Source of the DNA: Rebecca billardiae RCC1528
Taxonomy: Eukaryota > Protista > Haptophyta
DNA: 64,000 nucleotides
NCBI GenBank assembly: GCA_965240325.2
Contig: OZ251223.1
Coordinates: 2,356,001-2,420,000, forward strand
Reading direction: 5' to 3'
Part shown: in pieces, positions 59,216 through 64,000 of the stretch
Position numbering within the stretch: position 1 is the stretch's first letter
Layout of the letters: the number at the start of each line of letters is the position of its first letter
Notes under the pieces: model-generated
The model's input: the letters and a program-made list of their open reading frames with translations, nothing else
The model's database searches: none
What the model was told of the DNA's origin: nothing
Program-made: the position numbers and the translations under genes

Positions 59216-61207
59216 CGGCTACGCCGATCTTCGGGTAGTGAACAACGAAGTTGATGGCGCACGGCCCTGGTAGTTGTCGCGTTCTTCACCGAATCACTGT
59301 GAATTTATCACTACGATGCGCGCGCCCGGCGCCGTCGCCGTGCAGGAGGCGCGGGCGCGAGTAATCCGGACTCGATCGACGGCCTCGGGGGGCTGGGCCG
59401 TGTCGAACTCGACGCGCAGCAGCCGCAGCGCCTCCGCCCGGTGCGCTTCGGGCAGCCCTGCTGTGGCCGCGCGCAGCGCTGAGGAGATCGCGCTCGGCAG
59501 CCCGTCCGTCAGCCTCGCACAGCCTCGCGCGCCGGCGGGATCGGCGCAGCGTCGGACAAGCTCGCGCAGCTCGTCGTCGGCGTCGGCGGGGAAGAGCGTC
59601 GCGAGCAGCCGCGGCTCGAGCCTGTCTACGATGTCCCGCAGCCGCAGCAGCCGCTCCTTGCACGCCCTCGGCGTCTTCCCCTCGAATGCGGGCCACGCGC
59701 GCTGCGAGGTCGCGTGCAGCAGCGCATACTGCGACTGCAGCAGGCCAATGTCCCGCGGCTCGAGCCTGTCTACGATGTCCCGCAGCCGCAGCAGCCGCTC
59801 CTTGCACGCCCTCGGCGTCTTCCCCTCGAATGCGGGCCACGCGCGCTGCGAGGTCGCGTGCAGCACGTGCGCCGATACTGCGACTGCAGCAGGCCAATGT
59901 CCCGTGATCGATCGTCCACGACGAGTCGTTCTGCGTGTAGAAGCGCAGGACGCGCTGGTCGTGCATGGTGCGCAGCGCGGTGTGCAAGCGCGCGAACGCG
60001 CGCTCGGGCGAGTCCTCCAGCAAGAGCTCGTCCTGCGGCTCGGTGCCCGGCTGCCGCTCTCCCTGCCTGCGCGCCGCCGCACGCCGCGCGGACAGACAGC
60101 GTCGCCATCACAGCCGGTGGGTAACGAGGCTGAGCAGTGGTAGCCAGGCGAAGCATCGTCGCGGGCGAAGCTGCGCTGGGTGATGCAGCTCGGGTCGGTG
60201 GGCAAGTCGCACCCCGCCGTCGGTCGCCTCCACGCCCCAGGCTCGCTCGAGGTCGAGTCACCTGCGCGGCGCGGCAGTCCGATGGCCGTGTTCGTGAACG
60301 TACTTCGTCGGCGGGCGCCGACGCCGCGGGCCGGGCGGGGTGTACACTTTGGGCCGAAGACGCATGGCAGGGCGGGGCGCGTGGGGTGAGCGAGGCACGA
60401 ATGCGATGCCGACGGCTGTTGGGACCCGCCGCAGCTGCAGTGCGCGCACCTGCGCTGAGTCGCGCGCACCGGCACGCAAAACGAGAGCCTTTTCGGCTTT
60501 GAGCCTCCGATCGCCCTCGGTCGCTCGGCGTGTGCCGGGGCCGCCAAATAACGCTTACGGGTAAGATTCCCTCATTTGGTCATATCACTTAGTCGGCCAC
60601 GCCCGCACGGGCGCATATATTCTGGTCGAAGCGAACCGCCGTTTTTGTAAGTTTGTATAATTATAAGTTAATCTCATAAATGGTACGGCGAAACGGTGCG
60701 AAAACGCGTGCCTAGGCGTTTTTGATTAGGCGAAGATCTGGCAGGGTTCATTTCGCGGGTACCAATAGACAAACGAGCCGCGATGACGAACGTCGTGCCA
60801 TAATACGTTGATACTGAAACGTTGTTTTTGCTGAAGTGTGGTTCTCTTCAGAGGAGAAGGATAATAGGAGACGATACTTTACTCTTTGAATTGGAATCAG
60901 CAAACCAAAAGTGTATATCAGCAGGAGAATCACGAACGGCCCACCATAATTATCAGAAAGATGCAGACGCCTTTGTCCTATTCGAGTTCGATTTCTTCTA
61001 TTACTTACTATCCAAGGATTAAGGAGCAGTACAAACGCAATCATGAGCAGCGATATCGAGTCAAATGCGGATTTCACACCTAAATCCACCTACAAAAATC
61101 CCCCAAATCCTGCGCGCATCCTCTTTTTTGATTTTGCGGAGCACGTGCGCCGCCCCCCCCGGCTTTCGCTCACGCTCAGACCTTTCGGGGGGGCCGTGCG
61201 CCATAAT
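59213..61207 (-). mobile_element. Non-autonomous Helentron/Helitron2-like element, copy B
   Basis: Hairpin at 59213-59229; perfect 14-bp asymmetric IR ATGGCGCACGGCCC (59254-67) / GGGCCGTGCGCCAT (61191-204); (TA)n on both sides; ends match 929-2867. Confidence 0.72.
59609..59904. repeat. ~144-bp tandem duplication in a gene-like fragment inside copy B
   Basis: LHATSQRAWPAFEGKTPRACKERLLRLRDIVDRLEPR is encoded twice on the minus strand. Confidence 0.9.
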
Positions 61208-61402
61208 ATATATATATATATATATAGCTGCGCTGTTAATAATTATAATAATAAGTCAACGTAGTAAGTGTTAACTGTAGCCGCATGATTCCGGGATTTC
61301 CGGCACTCGTCGATCACTCATCCGCAGTCGTGTTGCCTCGTCACGTCGTCATCAGTCCTCGGAATAGTACTGCTCACATCATCATATATATATAATATTA
61401 TA

Positions 61403-62953
61403 TTATATATGAGTGAGGGTCATGTCGCTCCCGGGTGGACGCCGGGCAAAGAGGGCGTGCTCGTACGCCTCCTCGCTGCTCAAGGGCGAGCCGTCATCGA
61501 TGGCATCCAACAGCGCGCGCGCGTGCTGTGCGCACCGCCGGTTCAACTCCGACGGGAAGACGCGTCTGTCACGGCGGTTGACTTCGAAGTGGCGAGTGTG
61601 GTCGGCCAGCGCAACGTCGAAGGTGAGCAGCAGTCCGCCGAGTGCAGGCGGCGCTATCCCGCGCGTCTCCAAGACGTGACTCAGCGCGGCGTGGTACTCG
61701 CTGACCCAAGTGCGCGTGTCATTCTCCGACGTCCCCACCCATTTCGCGAGCAAGATAGCCAGATCCTTCGCGGGCGGCCCTCGACCAATGTTGTCATAGT
61801 CGATCAGATGCGCCGAGGGCAACGTGCGCGCCGATGCAGGGGCGGGACCATGGCCGCTGCGAGCGGTGCGTGCCCCGTTGGGCACGGCAGGGGCGGGCGC
61901 GGCCTCCGAGGCACGGCGGCCTCGCGCGCTGCCGGCGGGCGTGGGACGAAGGCTGTTGTGTAGGAGCATGTTCCCCCACGGGGTGGGATCACCATGGATG
62001 AGGCACATCCACGGGCTGGCGTTCAGCCACCTCTCCAGGGCGCGTCCAGCCAGCGCGAGGCGCTGCCAGAGGCCCCCTTGCCTGCGCTTGCGGCGGCGGA
62101 GTTTCTCGATGTCCCTTTGACCGGGGTAGTCGTCCAGGTTGTACCAGCCGCCATGCACCTTGAGGCCCTTGAGCTCTGGCAGCGTGATGCCCCACGTCCA
62201 GCCGTGCAGGCGCGCGAGTGCGTGCAGCGCTGCGCGTACTTTCGCGAGCGTCGGATGCCTCGCGAGAGGCTTCCCGGGGACCGCTTCCATGGCGACCAGC
62301 AGCCCTTCCGACTGTGTGTCCAGGACGAGCAGTGTTCGCGCTATCGGGACCGACGCTGGAGGTCCGATGAGCCGCGGCTGGTGCCACTTCCACCAGCTGT
62401 GCACGTTCCTGCCATGCCAGTCGTCAATCGCAACGCCGCCGGTGCCCTCGGCTCGCGAGGCATTCTGGGCCGTGCCAAGAAACTGGTAGACCTGCTTGAC
62501 GATGATGCGACTCCCCAGCAGACGATACACGTTGCGCATGTGTATGCCCGGGACCATCAGGCTCTTGACCAACCGAATGCGCGGCATGCGGCCAGCTGCT
62601 GGCGCGAACCCGGGCCCGTGCTCGCGTTCGATGGCTGCGACCATGGACGCGACCCTCTGCTCGCTGAGCCGTGGTGGTGGTGGCTCATCGCGCAGATGCC
62701 GTCGCTCCAATTCGCGCTCGAGGATGGCGCCGCTCACTCGAGCTTGTTGGGCGACATCGCACGCGTCGGCGCGCATCGCCCACCGCCACTGGCGCTCGCT
62801 GCACCGACTCGTGTTGAGGGCAGGTGTGATGGTGAGGCGTGCAGCCTCGATCATGGGCAGCAGACAAATGCTCGCGGTCGAACGCGTCGCCACCGCCGTC
62901 GCGTGCGGCGGCAGCGCTGCGAGAGCCAGCACGACCGCCGCACGCCCCAACAT
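61403..62953 (-). CDS. APH/choline/EcKinase-like phosphotransferase with signal peptide
   Basis: LARLHG, CLIHGDPTPWGNMLL (Brenner-like) and IDYDNIGRGPPAKDLA; leader MLGRAAVVLALAAL. Confidence 0.8.
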   Translation of the reverse strand: MLGRAAVVLALAALPPHATAVATRSTASICLLPMIEAARLTITPALNTSRCSERQWRWAMRADACDVAQQARVSGAILERELERRHLRDEPPPPRLSEQRVASMVAAIEREHGPGFAPAAGRMPRIRLVKSLMVPGIHMRNVYRLLGSRIIVKQVYQFLGTAQNASRAEGTGGVAIDDWHGRNVHSWWKWHQPRLIGPPASVPIARTLLVLDTQSEGLLVAMEAVPGKPLARHPTLAKVRAALHALARLHGWTWGITLPELKGLKVHGGWYNLDDYPGQRDIEKLRRRKRRQGGLWQRLALAGRALERWLNASPWMCLIHGDPTPWGNMLLHNSLRPTPAGSARGRRASEAAPAPAVPNGARTARSGHGPAPASARTLPSAHLIDYDNIGRGPPAKDLAILLAKWVGTSENDTRTWVSEYHAALSHVLETRGIAPPALGGLLLTFDVALADHTRHFEVNRRDRRVFPSELNRRCAQHARALLDAIDDGSPLSSEEAYEHALFARRPPGSDMTLTHI

Positions 62954-63394
62954 AAATACAGCCAAGGGGTCTTATACAAATTCAGCCCGAGCGTCTCGTG
63001 CAGCCCCCGGGGCGAGGCATCTCGAGGCGCAGGACATCGCCCCGTGTGCGCTTAACATGGAGTCGTTCGTCGACCATCCACTCGGGGATGGAATCATAGA
63101 CGCGACGCATCTCGGCGAGGGCAGCCCTGGGAGCAGGTTGAGGCCCTCCCATTGGGACCACCGCCACAGCGCCGGCGAGGCACCACGTCTGTGCGTCGCC
63201 GTTCACGGCGACACAACTCACGAACCGTGCAGTCGAACCGGCTGCAGCTGAGACACTTTTTTTTCTCCGGCCGAGTCACGCGCGTGTTTCCTGCGCTCGT
63301 CATCGCGTGGTTATCGAAACGACTATAAGCCAAGACTTTGATCGCAGATCGGACGCCCTACTATATGATGTGAGTACTCGTCATGACGGACACG

Positions 63395-63455
63395 TTTGTA
63401 TGAAAGTAGGGGGAATGTCTGTATGAAAGTAAGGGGAATGTTTGTATGAAAGTAA
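63395..63455. repeat. 23-bp tandem repeat (~2.7 units)
   Basis: T(T/C)TGTATGAAAGTA..GGGGAATG repeated. Confidence 0.8.
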
Positions 63456-63552
63456 CGGCTCTTCACATACGAAGATTGGACGCCTCGCGCGCGAACATTG
63501 CCGTATTTGCCAATACGGTAGAGGAGTCGGGGGGGGGGAGCATCAGGTAAAA

Positions 63553-63809
63553 GTGTGTTGTGCGTAACGACGTGGTATGCAACGGGCAGGCGTCAGACGG
63601 TCAGCAAGCTGTATAGCAGCAGATCGAGCAGCAGAGAGTGAGAGACAAACACCAGGGTCAGCGCGAGCTCCTCGCCGTCGTCCCCCCCCCCTCGTAGTCG
63701 CCCATCACTCCATCGCCGAGCGGAAGCTCGACGCACCGTCTGGTGTCGACGCGCGCGCGCCATCGCGGTGGTCGCGGTGCCACGCGTCGTCAGCCGTCGT
63801 CTCGAAGTG
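63553..63809 (+). repeat. Second copy of the 35057-35355 dispersed repeat
   Basis: Collinear match differing mostly by short indels; similarity stops at CTCGAAGT. Confidence 0.85.
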
Positions 63810-64000
63810 ACCAATATAACGTATAACCCACTTTTTAAAGTCTCCGGTGCACCAATAACGGTACTTTTCCCTTTCGTCATTTTGGTCCGGCGGCCCCCGA
63901 ATCCGAGTGACCGGGTGCAATTAGGTTCAAGGTTGCGGGATGAACCGTTGCGCCAGCAGCCGCCATTTCCCCGGGCCGGACAAGCGGGATCCAGGTGCTG

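Noticed and set aside
62982-63221. 79-aa ORF upstream of the kinase
   Set aside because: Non-ATG start, short, no recognisable motif.

Overview
This is GC-rich eukaryotic nuclear DNA with compact genes, short GC-rich GT-AG introns (donors GTGCGC/GTGTGT) and AT-richer, (TA)n-containing intergenic gaps. A flagellar gene (CFAP46) together with algal-type organelle proteins suggests a flagellated alga, possibly a haptophyte (inference only). Recognisable genes are NHP2, a CLC channel, COQ3/UbiG, SGT1, a membrane patatin/cPLA2-like lipase, ICT1/ArfB, RsmE, a DOT1-like methyltransferase, a BORCS7-like protein, a TPR protein, a sulfotransferase, cysteine synthase, CFAP46 and an APH/EcKinase-like kinase. 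Roughly a third of the window is DNA transposons. Three unrelated non-coding foldback elements each sit 70-200 bp upstream of a housekeeping start codon: an 8.3-kb CACTA-ended palindrome with about 30 hairpin motifs per arm, a 2.5-kb element with nested-palindrome ends, and a 1.47-kb element whose terminal hairpins covary. There is also a pogo-like element (TA TSD), two hAT-like elements, and two Helentron/Helitron2-like copies with identical ends but different cargo. A spliced 117-aa four-repeat Cys/His membrane protein, missed by the ORF track, was reconstructed. No CRISPR array, tRNA or rRNA could be supported. All assignments come from reading the sequence by eye; no searches were run.
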